Under the pieces are notes generated by a model that was not told the DNA's origin, searched no databases, and saw nothing but the letters and a program-made list of their open reading frames with translations. Shown here one piece after another: positions 1 through 10,219 of a DNA stretch of 64,000 nt; within the stretch, counting starts at the first letter, position 1; every line of letters starts with the position of its first letter. The stretch is from Candidatus Shapirobacteria bacterium (lineage in GTDB: Bacteria > Patescibacteriota > Microgenomatia > UBA12405): NCBI GenBank assembly GCA_041665485.1, contig JBAYIT010000002.1, positions 69,867 through 133,866 of the forward strand, written 5' to 3'. Position numbers and translations under genes: made by a program.

Positions 1-1
1 A

Positions 2-691
2 ATTATAATTTCATCACAATTTAAAAACCTCTGTCACGGCCTAAATAAAATTCCCAAAAATATATCTTTGCTACTCTTTTTTCTTATTGGTCTTATGTCT
101 ATGATGGTAATTTTTAACGGTCAATTTTTTCTTTTACATGTTAGTAACATTATTCCTCTTTACCGAGACAATCAATACTATCTTGATAATATTTTATCCA
201 TTGGCTACATGTTACTTGTATTCTCGGTATTTTCCATCATTTATATTTTATTTTTTAAATCAAAACATAACTTTATTTTAATTATTATTCTACCTTTCAC
301 TATTATTTTTTCCTTTTTTTACAATTTAAATTTTGGATTCCTTAATACTTACAAATACGCCCTCTCTGGTCTGGACATAAAACTTGAAAATATTAAAAGC
401 GATCAGGATTATTTTAAAAATCTCAATTTTCTTAATTGGCAAATTTCTAATGAAGGTCCTTCTATAAAAACATACACTTGTAAGATCAATGGTAATGGAG
501 TGTTTATGTATGCCAACTACATCTCAATTGATCAGCTGGCAATTAATCAATGTCAGATCTCAGATCCTATCAAAGATAAGGGATTATATTTTTCCCAAAT
601 GGACGGATTAGAGATATCTCCCGAACTTTCAGCTAAAGTTAGAACCCTATTTCTTCAGGGAAATTACGGCATATATCAGTTAACTGATTAA
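2..691 (+). CDS. Membrane protein, 5'-partial (C-terminal part of a polytopic, possibly GT-C-like protein)
   Basis: The frame of ORF 68..691 is open back to position 2. Three hydrophobic segments are followed by a soluble C-terminal domain. Confidence 0.6.
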   Translation: MIISSQFKNLCHGLNKIPKNISLLLFFLIGLMSMMVIFNGQFFLLHVSNIIPLYRDNQYYLDNILSIGYMLLVFSVFSIIYILFFKSKHNFILIIILPFTIIFSFFYNLNFGFLNTYKYALSGLDIKLENIKSDQDYFKNLNFLNWQISNEGPSIKTYTCKINGNGVFMYANYISIDQLAINQCQISDPIKDKGLYFSQMDGLEISPELSAKVRTLFLQGNYGIYQLTD

Positions 692-1867
692 CTTTTTATA
701 GACTTCGATTACTTGTTTTGTCGTTTTCTTCAAGTCATAGTTTTGAACAATTTTTTTCCTGGAGTTTGAATAAAATTCTATTTTTTGTTTTGAGCTAAAT
801 GTTAATAACATATTCAAATTTTTAACCACATCATTTATATCACCATAGCTAGACAGAAATCCATTTACTTTGTTGTCAACAATCTCGCCAACTCCGCCCA
901 CATCAAAAGCCACTACAGACGTACCACATGCCATTGATTCTATTGCCATATTGGGTAAATTCTCGTTTTTTGAACACATCAAAAACACGTCGCTGGCACT
1001 ATATATCTCCCTCATTCTATCTTCATCATCAATATACCCTAAATACAAAAGTCTTTTACCACTTTTTTCAAAGACTTTTTTAACCTTATCTTTATCCCCT
1101 TTGCCAACAGCCACCACCACAATATCTTTCTTTATTTTAGACAATATCTTAACTGCTAAATTTATGTTTTTATTTTTATCACCATTTGCAAATGCCGCTC
1201 CAACTAATACCACCAAGACGTCCGGCTTCAAACCCAACTTACTTTTTGCCACTTTCTTGTCCTCGGGATAATATTTCTTTAAGTCAATTCCATTGGGGAG
1301 ATAAACAATTTCCCTGCCCTCAGTTAAACAACTTTGTTCCGCCTTTTTCTTAAGCCACCTACTCGGAGATACAAAGACCATTTTTTTAATTTTCTGATAA
1401 GTTTTTGTTTTTCTTTCCCATAACCATCTATTTAGGCTGAATTTACTCTCACTTTTGTACCCCTCTTTATACTTGTTATCATTACTATGATGTTCAGCAC
1501 CACAAAAGGGCCACATATCATGCATTGTCCAAACAGTCGGTTTGTTAAACTCTGCTAAATCCTCTGGTTTCAGTAGTGCCCCATTAATCCAATGTAAGTG
1601 AACTATATCAGGATTAAATTCCTTTATTTCATCGTTTATTCCTATTGAAAACAAAGCCGGGGAATAAAAGATGCCTTTATCAACCCTCAATACCCTTAAA
1701 AACAGTTGTTCTACTAAGAAAATCACAGAAGCAATCTTTCCTTTACCATAATTATTAACAGTTACGCGCTTTACTTCCAAACCCTCTCTAGTCAACTGAG
1801 TCTCAAGTCTGTTTACGGCCACCGCCGCCCCACCTAGCTTGGTTGCATTAACTATAAGTATTTTCAT
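680..1867 (-). CDS. Glycosyltransferase family 4 (WcaC-like)
   Basis: GGAAVA N-terminus, PDIVHLHW, VWTMHDMWPFCG, ENLPNMAIESMACG..VVAFDVGG (GT4 ExxxxxxxE motif). Confidence 0.9.
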   Translation of the reverse strand: MKILIVNATKLGGAAVAVNRLETQLTREGLEVKRVTVNNYGKGKIASVIFLVEQLFLRVLRVDKGIFYSPALFSIGINDEIKEFNPDIVHLHWINGALLKPEDLAEFNKPTVWTMHDMWPFCGAEHHSNDNKYKEGYKSESKFSLNRWLWERKTKTYQKIKKMVFVSPSRWLKKKAEQSCLTEGREIVYLPNGIDLKKYYPEDKKVAKSKLGLKPDVLVVLVGAAFANGDKNKNINLAVKILSKIKKDIVVVAVGKGDKDKVKKVFEKSGKRLLYLGYIDDEDRMREIYSASDVFLMCSKNENLPNMAIESMACGTSVVAFDVGGVGEIVDNKVNGFLSSYGDINDVVKNLNMLLTFSSKQKIEFYSNSRKKIVQNYDLKKTTKQVIEVYKKLIS

Positions 1868-2881
1868 TTACAAGTGTCTTCGGAACCTGTAAATCGTATC
1901 AAATATAAAACAAAAATTTGTAGCATATAGCTTAATTAACTCAACTATCTTTAAAGACAATCCTAGTTGACTATTAATTATTAACTGCAATAACTTATAA
2001 GCTTTATCGTTACGAATATCGTTTCTTTCTTTTAAACCCAGCTTATGTTTTTCTAAGAACAATCTCTCAAGATCTCTGATTGTCTCATTAACTAATTGGT
2101 ATTCGTCTTTAGTTTCGGTCTTTAGGGTTCTTAGTTTTTCTACCAACTTTAACCCTAAATCCAAACCAACATTATCTTTTATGTATTTTTGTTCAATTAA
2201 ATCAGTATTGTTTATATGGCCGTCAAAATTTATTATTGTTAAGTTTTTTCCATGCTTCCTTAACTTCAATAATGGTTCTTGTATGTTGCTCGCTTTCGAT
2301 ATCTTCAAAACTTTTCCCCATAAGTCATAATCTTCCCCGGAAAATTTCTCTCTGCCTTCAATTGTTTTTGAACCATAGCCTCCTGTCTTTTCTATAATAG
2401 CTTTTCTCATCATCACCGATGGATGGGCCAACGGAGACTGAAACATCATATTCCACCTAATAAGCCAATCGTTTTTAGGATAATAATAGTTATCGACAAA
2501 CTTTCCGTCGGCATCAATCACTTTGCAGTTAGATCCCACCAGCCCAACATCAGCATGCAATTCCAGATACTTATACTGTTCATCCAATCGGCAATCCTCA
2601 GAAATATCGTCTCCGTCCATCCTAGCAATATATTTCCCCTTAGCCAAGGTTATTCCTTCGTTTAAGGTCGCCACCAACTTCATATTCTTTTTGTGTTGAA
2701 CAATTCTTATTCTTTTATCTCCATATGATTTCAATATTTTTTCAGTTTCATCTTTCGATCCGTCATCAATGATTAAAAACTCAAAATCCCTGTAAGTCTG
2801 CCTTAAGATACTTTCAACGGCCTCTCTTAAATATTTCTCGCCATTATATACCGGCATTAAAACCGTAACCTTAGGATTCAT
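1868..2881 (-). CDS. Glycosyltransferase family 2
   Basis: VTVLMPVYNGEKYL, IIDDGSKD, YIARMDGDD, HPSVMMR, EDYDLW. Confidence 0.93.
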   Translation of the reverse strand: MNPKVTVLMPVYNGEKYLREAVESILRQTYRDFEFLIIDDGSKDETEKILKSYGDKRIRIVQHKKNMKLVATLNEGITLAKGKYIARMDGDDISEDCRLDEQYKYLELHADVGLVGSNCKVIDADGKFVDNYYYPKNDWLIRWNMMFQSPLAHPSVMMRKAIIEKTGGYGSKTIEGREKFSGEDYDLWGKVLKISKASNIQEPLLKLRKHGKNLTIINFDGHINNTDLIEQKYIKDNVGLDLGLKLVEKLRTLKTETKDEYQLVNETIRDLERLFLEKHKLGLKERNDIRNDKAYKLLQLIINSQLGLSLKIVELIKLYATNFCFIFDTIYRFRRHL

Positions 2882-3929
2882 TTAGCAACTTTTCAAAAAT
2901 ATTTTCATGTTTTTTGAGCCACAAGTTCACTTCAAAGATATTTTTAATTCTCTTTACGCATGCTTTCGAATATTTATGGTAATTTTTAGTTAATTTTAAA
3001 ACACTATCCATAATTTCTTTAAAAGTTGGATAATACATTTTTTCATAACTCTGTGTGATCGGTATCAATATGCCGCCATCATTTCCTACCAGTTCTCGCA
3101 AACCTCCACTTGCTCCAGCCACCACTGGTACACCAACACTCATCGCTTCTAAAGGAACTGTCGGACAAGAATCATTATATTGCAAATGAATTAATATATC
3201 AGCCTTTTTGTAAATAATCGGAGCTTCCTTTTGGTTATATGGTCCCAAAATTTCCACCTTTTTGTCTAAACCAAGTTCTTTAACTTTCTCTCTCGTTTCA
3301 TTTTCACCATTACTCCAAACTAACCCTCCGCCGATAATTAATTTGGCCTCATGTCCACTTTTTATCATCTCTGATAAAACCTTAATTGGTCCCAAAACTC
3401 TTTCTTTAAAATAATGAGTACCCATAACCAACATGGTTATTATATTTTTATTTAAATCCAGTTTTTTGGCATTAAATAACTTACTATCCACACTGTTATA
3501 CACGACAGAACTCTCTTTTTCAAAGATTCCTATATAGATATCTGCACTTGTTTTACAAAACTTGCTCTGATAGATTACATAATCTGACTGATGCATGAAT
3601 TCCGACATTTGTCGATTAATACTTTCCGCCCTCTCTCCAGCCCAAGCTGGATAAGCCACTCCGTTTTGATTCCAGACAATTTTTGCTCCAATTTTTTTTG
3701 CCTTATTTATCCACTCTTGTACCTCAAATGGCAAATAACTACTGACCAAATAAAGGATATTGAAATTTTTTTTATTCTCCGGATACTTTTTATTTAAATG
3801 CAAAAGTTTTACACCACCACCATAAATTTTATTTTTATTAATCACCCCTCCATAGCATAAACTTATGCCTTCCTTGCAATAAGTTGCCGTTTGCCACCTA
3901 ATTTGATATTTTTTGAAAATATTTTTCAT
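2871..3929 (-). CDS. Glycosyltransferase family 4
   Basis: VVYNSVD and DSCPTVPLEAMSVGVPVV..SGGLRELV GT-B motifs. Confidence 0.88.
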   Translation of the reverse strand: MKNIFKKYQIRWQTATYCKEGISLCYGGVINKNKIYGGGVKLLHLNKKYPENKKNFNILYLVSSYLPFEVQEWINKAKKIGAKIVWNQNGVAYPAWAGERAESINRQMSEFMHQSDYVIYQSKFCKTSADIYIGIFEKESSVVYNSVDSKLFNAKKLDLNKNIITMLVMGTHYFKERVLGPIKVLSEMIKSGHEAKLIIGGGLVWSNGENETREKVKELGLDKKVEILGPYNQKEAPIIYKKADILIHLQYNDSCPTVPLEAMSVGVPVVAGASGGLRELVGNDGGILIPITQSYEKMYYPTFKEIMDSVLKLTKNYHKYSKACVKRIKNIFEVNLWLKKHENIFEKLLNES

Positions 3930-4864
3930 TGATCTAAAAGTATTTTTAAATATTTACCACCCACTTCTTTCATATCAGCTACTTTTATATTTTTTTGATA
4001 TTTATCATAATTCAGTACTATTTCTTCAATTGCTCCCAGAGATTTTTCTTTTGTCTTAAATCCAACTCCACCTTTATTCACCAGTTCTGGATGCCCTCCA
4101 GACTCCAAAAACACTGCCGGTAAACCACATGACAACGCTTCAATCAGAGCATTCGAGCAAGGATCATCCTCCGAAGCCGTTATATAAATATCATGATCTC
4201 TTAATATATTTCCCAGCTCTTCTGAAGCCACCGGCTGAATATGTCTTATTTTTTTAAACTCTATCTGGCTTCTCCCCACAAAAGTAAACTCGTACTTATT
4301 CCAATCCAGATTCTCCTCAATCCATTTATATGTTGCTCCACCTTTTTTTGGGTTGTCAGACCAACTAGTAGCGATAATTTTTACTTTTTTATTGAGATAC
4401 TTATCTTCAAGTTTATAAAAATATCTCGAATCAACAGCATTCGTTATTATTGAAGGGTTGATGAACTTCAGCCCCAGTTCTAAATTTTTTTTATAACTAT
4501 AATTTGATTGGAATACCGTCGCGCCAGCAAACTCTAAATTAAGATTAAGCAACTCCTGATCGATACCTGAATTGTCTCCTCGATAAATCCCAACTGGGCC
4601 ATCAACCCGATGAATTATCCTCAAGCCAGGAAAATGTTTTTTATAAGCTCTTAGCTTTCTTACATTAAACAAGAAGGCATTTAATAGCACAGCCTTGGTC
4701 CTTCTACTTACACGATTTTTACCTACCGATATACCGTTTTTTTTGTATTCTTCAAACAAGGCATTCATGAAGGTATTTGAGCCACCATAAGGCCCTTTTA
4801 CAAATTCATGAAAGAAAACTATTTCGTTTCCCAACAGCCAATTTCTAATGTTTTCAATTAACAT
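3926..4864 (-). CDS. Glycosyltransferase family 4-like
   Basis: ITNAVD and DPCSNALIEALSCGLPAV..SGGHPELV. Start taken at ATG 4864 (4870 also possible) rather than the track's 4891, to reduce overlap. Confidence 0.85.
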   Translation of the reverse strand: MLIENIRNWLLGNEIVFFHEFVKGPYGGSNTFMNALFEEYKKNGISVGKNRVSRRTKAVLLNAFLFNVRKLRAYKKHFPGLRIIHRVDGPVGIYRGDNSGIDQELLNLNLEFAGATVFQSNYSYKKNLELGLKFINPSIITNAVDSRYFYKLEDKYLNKKVKIIATSWSDNPKKGGATYKWIEENLDWNKYEFTFVGRSQIEFKKIRHIQPVASEELGNILRDHDIYITASEDDPCSNALIEALSCGLPAVFLESGGHPELVNKGGVGFKTKEKSLGAIEEIVLNYDKYQKNIKVADMKEVGGKYLKILLDQ

Positions 4865-5921
4865 TTGCATTTTTAACCAATAAATCACCAAACAACTTCC
4901 TGTATCTTTTAGATATCACCTCTACCGAATACTTTTTCACAACAGTATCCCTCGCTTTTCCCCCCATTCTTTTCATAAGAGAATCATTTGTTATTAATTT
5001 TTCCAACGCGTCCACCCAGTCATCCTCAGTCGACGCAATTATTCCACCTCCTAAAAATCCGATCGCTTCTTTGTATGATCCTTGAGGTGAAGCTACAGCA
5101 GGCAGTCCCAATGCCATTCCCAAAGTAATCTTATACTCAGTATGACCCATTTCATAGGCATTACTTAACTTTTTGGGAGAGATGATAATATTGCTCTTTT
5201 TTAATTCTCGCAGATAGTTTTGATGACTAAACTCGACCCATTCACATTCCATAAACTTTTGAAAAACACCCATAATTTCCGGCCTTTCATCTGATACTAA
5301 AATCAACTTCAAACGATATTTTTCAGATAACTTCTTCAGAACATCTACAACTATCTCTAAATGAGCCGATTTTTTAGCCACACCACTCCAGACTAAATTT
5401 ACAGAATTATCAACAACGTAATTTATTCTACCCTTGTAAAAATTCATATCTACAGCATCGGGAATCATCACAACGTTGTTGTTATATTTTCTAACTACTG
5501 AAGCTATATAACTAGAATCAGCAATAACCACATCACAAATAGAAGCCATAGCAATAGCATCTCTATTCTGTTCGTAAGTAGGTTTTGTTCCAGGAACAAA
5601 ATAGTCTCCCCATACCTCAAAATAATTTACATTCGCGTCAAAGATCGTCATACTTCCATATTTTTTGATCTTCCTCGCTTCAACTTGACACTTCTCGTCC
5701 ATCATTTTTACAAATATTACAATATCGTACTTTTTTTTCGGATCATAAACCTCGTTCTTATATTCACTATTTTTATTTAACCATAGGGCTATATTTTTAC
5801 ACCTAACCTCCGACACCACCCCCTTGTAACCATATTGTTCAAGTTTTCTTTTTCCACCTACAAATGACTCATATGTTACCCAGCCAATTTTCCCCATCGA
5901 TTTCTTAAACCATACTATCAT
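4854..5921 (-). CDS. Glycosyltransferase, GT-B fold (GT4-like)
   Basis: IPDAVD, LVWSG, KITLGMALGLPAVASP, W..ALEKLI..MG..AR C-terminal pattern. Confidence 0.82.
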   Translation of the reverse strand: MIVWFKKSMGKIGWVTYESFVGGKRKLEQYGYKGVVSEVRCKNIALWLNKNSEYKNEVYDPKKKYDIVIFVKMMDEKCQVEARKIKKYGSMTIFDANVNYFEVWGDYFVPGTKPTYEQNRDAIAMASICDVVIADSSYIASVVRKYNNNVVMIPDAVDMNFYKGRINYVVDNSVNLVWSGVAKKSAHLEIVVDVLKKLSEKYRLKLILVSDERPEIMGVFQKFMECEWVEFSHQNYLRELKKSNIIISPKKLSNAYEMGHTEYKITLGMALGLPAVASPQGSYKEAIGFLGGGIIASTEDDWVDALEKLITNDSLMKRMGGKARDTVVKKYSVEVISKRYRKLFGDLLVKNANVN

Positions 5922-6565
5922 ACACTTTCAACCTCACTCCAAATTTCCCCCCAATTAATCTTGATTTCATTAACTCTCAATCCGGCTTTCTTAATTTCAC
6001 GTCTAAAAGACTCTTCAGTATATTCAATGTAATGCGTTGGATCAAGTCGGTAATCAATCCCCAAGTCTTTCATTAACGCCGTTTGCCAATCTCGGTTTAT
6101 CATAGGCACCCTAATTAACCACCTCTTTGGGTTTATCTGTTTTTGAACCTTTTTTAAAAAATCAACTCTATTTTCTAAATGTTCCAACACATTTGACATA
6201 ACAATAGTATCAATTTTTGTACTCGGTAAATATGCAAGAGCGTCACCCAACACATACTCAATATTTTTATGGGGATACCTTTTTACTGCTATGTTATAGT
6301 TTTGTTTTGAAAGCTCTATTCCAATAATTTTTGCTCCAACCCTTGTCGCCATGTCATAATCAAGAAATCCGTTACCACAGCCAATATCTAGCACTATTTC
6401 ATTCTTCTTTAACTTATTACAGAAAAAATCATGATATTTGGTCAATCGGTGCTTTACATGCATTCCTTTATCCAAATTAAGACATTCATTATCTATCATC
6501 CTATCAAAGAAAAGCCTTACTCGAAACATCAATCTCAAACTTCTTTTTGTGTCAATAAATAGCAT
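5918..6565 (-). CDS. Class I SAM-dependent methyltransferase
   Basis: VLDIGCGNG motif I, IGIEL, SNVLEHL, DPTH. Confidence 0.9.
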   Translation of the reverse strand: MLFIDTKRSLRLMFRVRLFFDRMIDNECLNLDKGMHVKHRLTKYHDFFCNKLKKNEIVLDIGCGNGFLDYDMATRVGAKIIGIELSKQNYNIAVKRYPHKNIEYVLGDALAYLPSTKIDTIVMSNVLEHLENRVDFLKKVQKQINPKRWLIRVPMINRDWQTALMKDLGIDYRLDPTHYIEYTEESFRREIKKAGLRVNEIKINWGEIWSEVESV

Positions 6566-6647
6566 ATAATTACATCAGTATTATATCCTGTTTTAGAAGC
6601 GAATATAATATTAAAATACCGATTTTAAATTTCAAGAAAAACTCATC

Positions 6648-7619
6648 ATGAAACAACTGAATTTAAACAACGAGAAAGATTCAAAAGAATTTTACGAATC
6701 TCGTTATTCTAAAAATTACATGGACGATTGGCCGATTGAAGAAAAATTAAGAATTATTGAAATAATTAAACTTCTAAATTTTCCCGAGAAAGGCCAAGCT
6801 TTAGATTTCGGTTGCGGTCAGGGAATCTTTAGTGATGTTTTAAAACACGTTCTTCCCAATTGGACTATATGTGGCTGTGATATTAGTGAAACGGCTATCC
6901 AAATTGCTTCAAAAAGATTTCCGAAATGTAAATTTTTCACAAATAACGACCAGAAATACGCCTTAAAAAAGTTTGATTTTGTTTTTACCCACCATGTCCT
7001 AGAACACGTTTTTAACATAAAGGACTTGGTCAATCAAATTAATGGAAGATTAAAAGAAAAATCTTCAATGCTTCATATATTCCCCTGTGGAAATCCCGAT
7101 AGTTACGAATATAAATTATGTGCACTTAGATCCGATGGAATTAACGTTAACCGGGAAAATCGTTTTTATTACGAGGATGAAGGGCACGTTCGTCGCCTGA
7201 CAACCAATCAATGTGAAATCTTATTTAAAGAATTTAATTATACCCTGAAACACGACTATTACTGTTACCAACATTTTGGAGCCATAAACTGGATTAGCTT
7301 GTCTCATCCAGTTCTAATACTAAAAATGTTCAATCCTATCAAGGGTAAAGATGTAAAAGCAAAATTTACGCTAACTCTTCTGTTAATAAAAATGCTTTTC
7401 GTCTCAGCCGTAAGAATTTTAGCCAAAGAATATAAAAGATCAGCTTCATTTTTTACCTATCTATTTTATCTACCTTCAAAACTATTTATACCTTTTGACA
7501 ATTATTTTACAAGAAAAGCCCTAAACGAATGGAATAAAAGTAAAACCAAAAAAAACGGTAGTGAAATGTATCTTTTTTTTGTGAGGCAAAACAATCTCTT
7601 ACAACCATCAAAAAATTAG
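6648..7619 (+). CDS. Class I SAM-dependent methyltransferase
   Basis: ALDFGCGQG, GCDIS, FDFVFTHHVLEHV. Confidence 0.88.
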   Translation: MKQLNLNNEKDSKEFYESRYSKNYMDDWPIEEKLRIIEIIKLLNFPEKGQALDFGCGQGIFSDVLKHVLPNWTICGCDISETAIQIASKRFPKCKFFTNNDQKYALKKFDFVFTHHVLEHVFNIKDLVNQINGRLKEKSSMLHIFPCGNPDSYEYKLCALRSDGINVNRENRFYYEDEGHVRRLTTNQCEILFKEFNYTLKHDYYCYQHFGAINWISLSHPVLILKMFNPIKGKDVKAKFTLTLLLIKMLFVSAVRILAKEYKRSASFFTYLFYLPSKLFIPFDNYFTRKALNEWNKSKTKKNGSEMYLFFVRQNNLLQPSKN

Positions 7620-7673
7620 CAGTAATACTAATAAAACCAACACAAGCTTTTCAACTCATTTAACTCTATCAAC

Positions 7674-8774
7674 ATGAAACAAACCACAATTAGTAATCAC
7701 AAAAACCTAGGCCTTGATATTGCTAGATGTGTTGCCATCCTGTTTGTACTTATCGCTCACGGTACACTTTTTTTCTGGAAATATAATACTAACTTAAACA
7801 ATTTAATAATGTTGGGGTTTTTTGGAGTAGAGATATTTTTCGCCTTAAGCGGATATTTAATTGGAGGAATCCTTTTAAAAGATGTCTTTAATTCTGATAA
7901 TTCAAAAAAAGTAAACTTATTTAGGTTCTATTTAAGACGATGGTTTCGCACCTTACCGCTATATTACATTGTAGTCTTTGTGCTATTTTTGAAAAACAGA
8001 GACACCTTTACCTGGCAAAATTTACTATTTTTACAAAACTTTGACCATAAGTCGTTAAATTTTTTTGCCGTCTCTTGGTCACTTTCAATAGAAGAATGGT
8101 TTTATTTTTTTATTCCATTAGTCATATTCCTAGTTATTAAATCCACCCGAAAGACAAAGAGCTCCTTTCTTGGAGTTTGTCTGTTTTTTATCATATTTTC
8201 CCCAATAGCCAGAATATTATTAGTGACACTTTCAGACCCATCCTTTGATTTTGGTGTCAGAAAACAAATATTATTTCGTTTTGACGCCATGTCCTATGGT
8301 ATGTTATTCGCTGGTTTACGTCACTTTTATCCAAATATATTTAAAAACTTGGTAAAAGGAAAAATCTTTTTAATTACCAGTCTTGTTGGTTTTTTAATCA
8401 GCTTTATTTACTATGTTCCCATACAGTTCGGAAAATTTAATGAATTATTTTTTGCTCGTACACTATTTTTTAGTTTTGTAGCAATTAGTTCTAGTATATT
8501 TGTTGTTGGTCTAGAAAAAATTACCACTAACATCTCATCGAAAAATTTCTTCACAATATTGGTTTCTTTTGTTAGTTTAACTAGTTACTCGGCTTATCTT
8601 GTACACACAGAGGTTTTTTCACTATTTTTAAAAATTGATTCATCAACAAATAATATATTGATTTCCGGACTTACTTTTTTGTTTGCATTAATGGTTGTAT
8701 TTCTTATTTCTGGATTATCTTATAATTATTTCGAAAAATATTGGTTAAAATTACGAGATAAAATTACCAAATAA
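7674..8774 (+). CDS. Acyltransferase family 3 (OafA/YrhL-like membrane O-acyltransferase)
   Basis: GLDIARCVAILFVLIAH, GVEIFFALSGYLI, FYLRRWFRTLPLYY, SWSLSIEEWFY, SYSAYLVH, SYNYFEK. Confidence 0.93.
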   Translation: MKQTTISNHKNLGLDIARCVAILFVLIAHGTLFFWKYNTNLNNLIMLGFFGVEIFFALSGYLIGGILLKDVFNSDNSKKVNLFRFYLRRWFRTLPLYYIVVFVLFLKNRDTFTWQNLLFLQNFDHKSLNFFAVSWSLSIEEWFYFFIPLVIFLVIKSTRKTKSSFLGVCLFFIIFSPIARILLVTLSDPSFDFGVRKQILFRFDAMSYGMLFAGLRHFYPNIFKNLVKGKIFLITSLVGFLISFIYYVPIQFGKFNELFFARTLFFSFVAISSSIFVVGLEKITTNISSKNFFTILVSFVSLTSYSAYLVHTEVFSLFLKIDSSTNNILISGLTFLFALMVVFLISGLSYNYFEKYWLKLRDKITK

Positions 8775-9598
8775 TGAACAATTCAAATCCAATCGTCACT
8801 GTTTTCATTGTCAACTACAATTCCGCTGATTTTATTGACATAAGTTTATACGCCTTATCAAAACTATCTGGCTACCCCTACAAAGTAGTCATTCGTGACA
8901 ACAACTCAAACTTAAGAGATTACCAAAAACTAGTAAATATCTGTCGCAAGTATCCAAACACAAAAGTTGTTCGTAGCCATACACCTCTTCGTGGCAGTCT
9001 AGCCCATGGAACTGCTTTAAATTATTTATGCAAAAATATCAACACTCCTTATTTTTCAATACTAGATGCCGATGCTATCTGGTTGATAAAAAACTGGGAT
9101 AAAATATTGATCAACAAACTTAACAAAAAAGTAAAAGCAATTGGTACCCAAGTAGCTCTAGACTCAAACAAACCAAAAGATTTTCCCATAATGTTTTCTA
9201 TCTTATTTGAGACAAAAACATTTAAAAATCTGAATATTGATTTCAGACCTGATAAATCCGACATAGTTAAAGACACCGGATACCAACTAAGAGAAAAATA
9301 TCTGTCAAATCATTTCTTAGGAAAAATTATTGAAATGAGAAACACCCGTGTTTACCATTCAGGTCCATTTAAAAATGTTATTTGTGCTGAATATTATTTA
9401 GACACTGATTATAATAATATTTTTTCTTCTCATTTTAGCCGAGGTTCTTCCTTGGGTAAAGCAAAATATATTAAAAATATGAGCATTATTAGTCCATACA
9501 GAATCCCATTTTTTGGAGATTACTTATTACAACTCAAGGGAATGATGGAAAAACATCATTGGATAAATATCTGTCGTAAAATTATCGACTCACAGTAA
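8774..9598 (+). CDS. Glycosyltransferase family 2
   Basis: VFIVNYNS, IRDNNS, ILDADA (DxD). Confidence 0.8.
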   Translation: MNNSNPIVTVFIVNYNSADFIDISLYALSKLSGYPYKVVIRDNNSNLRDYQKLVNICRKYPNTKVVRSHTPLRGSLAHGTALNYLCKNINTPYFSILDADAIWLIKNWDKILINKLNKKVKAIGTQVALDSNKPKDFPIMFSILFETKTFKNLNIDFRPDKSDIVKDTGYQLREKYLSNHFLGKIIEMRNTRVYHSGPFKNVICAEYYLDTDYNNIFSSHFSRGSSLGKAKYIKNMSIISPYRIPFFGDYLLQLKGMMEKHHWINICRKIIDSQ

Positions 9599-10219
9599 AT
9601 CACTCTTTACAGGTTTCATTACCACTTTAATACCATAACACGGGATAACAGATGAAAACAGTACTTCATATAACTCTTGGTAAATCATTTTTTTATTGAC
9701 AATCTTTTCCAATAAATTAAATAAATGTTTTATAACTGGAAAGTAAAATCCAAATGTCAATTTAATGCTACATATCTCAAACTTTTTTATTCCATAAAAT
9801 TCAGGTACTTTTCTGTATAGATTCTTAATACTATTTTTATTAGCATAGTAAAAAAAAGTGTAATATCCAAAATAACGTTTATGAGTCGGGTCAGAATAAA
9901 AATATGGATTTGAAAAATGTGGAACAAACAACTCCAAACTTCCGGATTTTTTTAAAACTCGATGAATTTCAAGAATCAACATGTCAAAATTCTCAATGTG
10001 CTCAAAAAAGCTTTTACATTTAATCAAGTCAACACTGTCGTCAGGCAAAAAACCCAAACCCTCTTCCAAATCAGATACAATATCCACCCCTTCCAAATCC
10101 AATCTATCTATACCTAAAAAATCATCTTTTCTTTTTACTCCACAACCCAATTCAATTGCTAAATACTTTCTCTGTTTAATGTTTTTTAACAGACCATTTT
10201 TGTCAATATATTTTTGCAT
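9590..10219 (-). CDS. SAM-dependent methyltransferase (type 11-like)
   Basis: IELGCG, DSVDLI..FFEHI, EIHRVLKKSG, VPHFS..DPTH. Confidence 0.88.
   Translation of the reverse strand: MQKYIDKNGLLKNIKQRKYLAIELGCGVKRKDDFLGIDRLDLEGVDIVSDLEEGLGFLPDDSVDLIKCKSFFEHIENFDMLILEIHRVLKKSGSLELFVPHFSNPYFYSDPTHKRYFGYYTFFYYANKNSIKNLYRKVPEFYGIKKFEICSIKLTFGFYFPVIKHLFNLLEKIVNKKMIYQELYEVLFSSVIPCYGIKVVMKPVKSDLL

Noticed and set aside
7548-7555. A/T homopolymer runs as phase-variation tracts
   Set aside because: Runs of about 8 nt are common in such AT-rich DNA and no frameshifted gene was seen.
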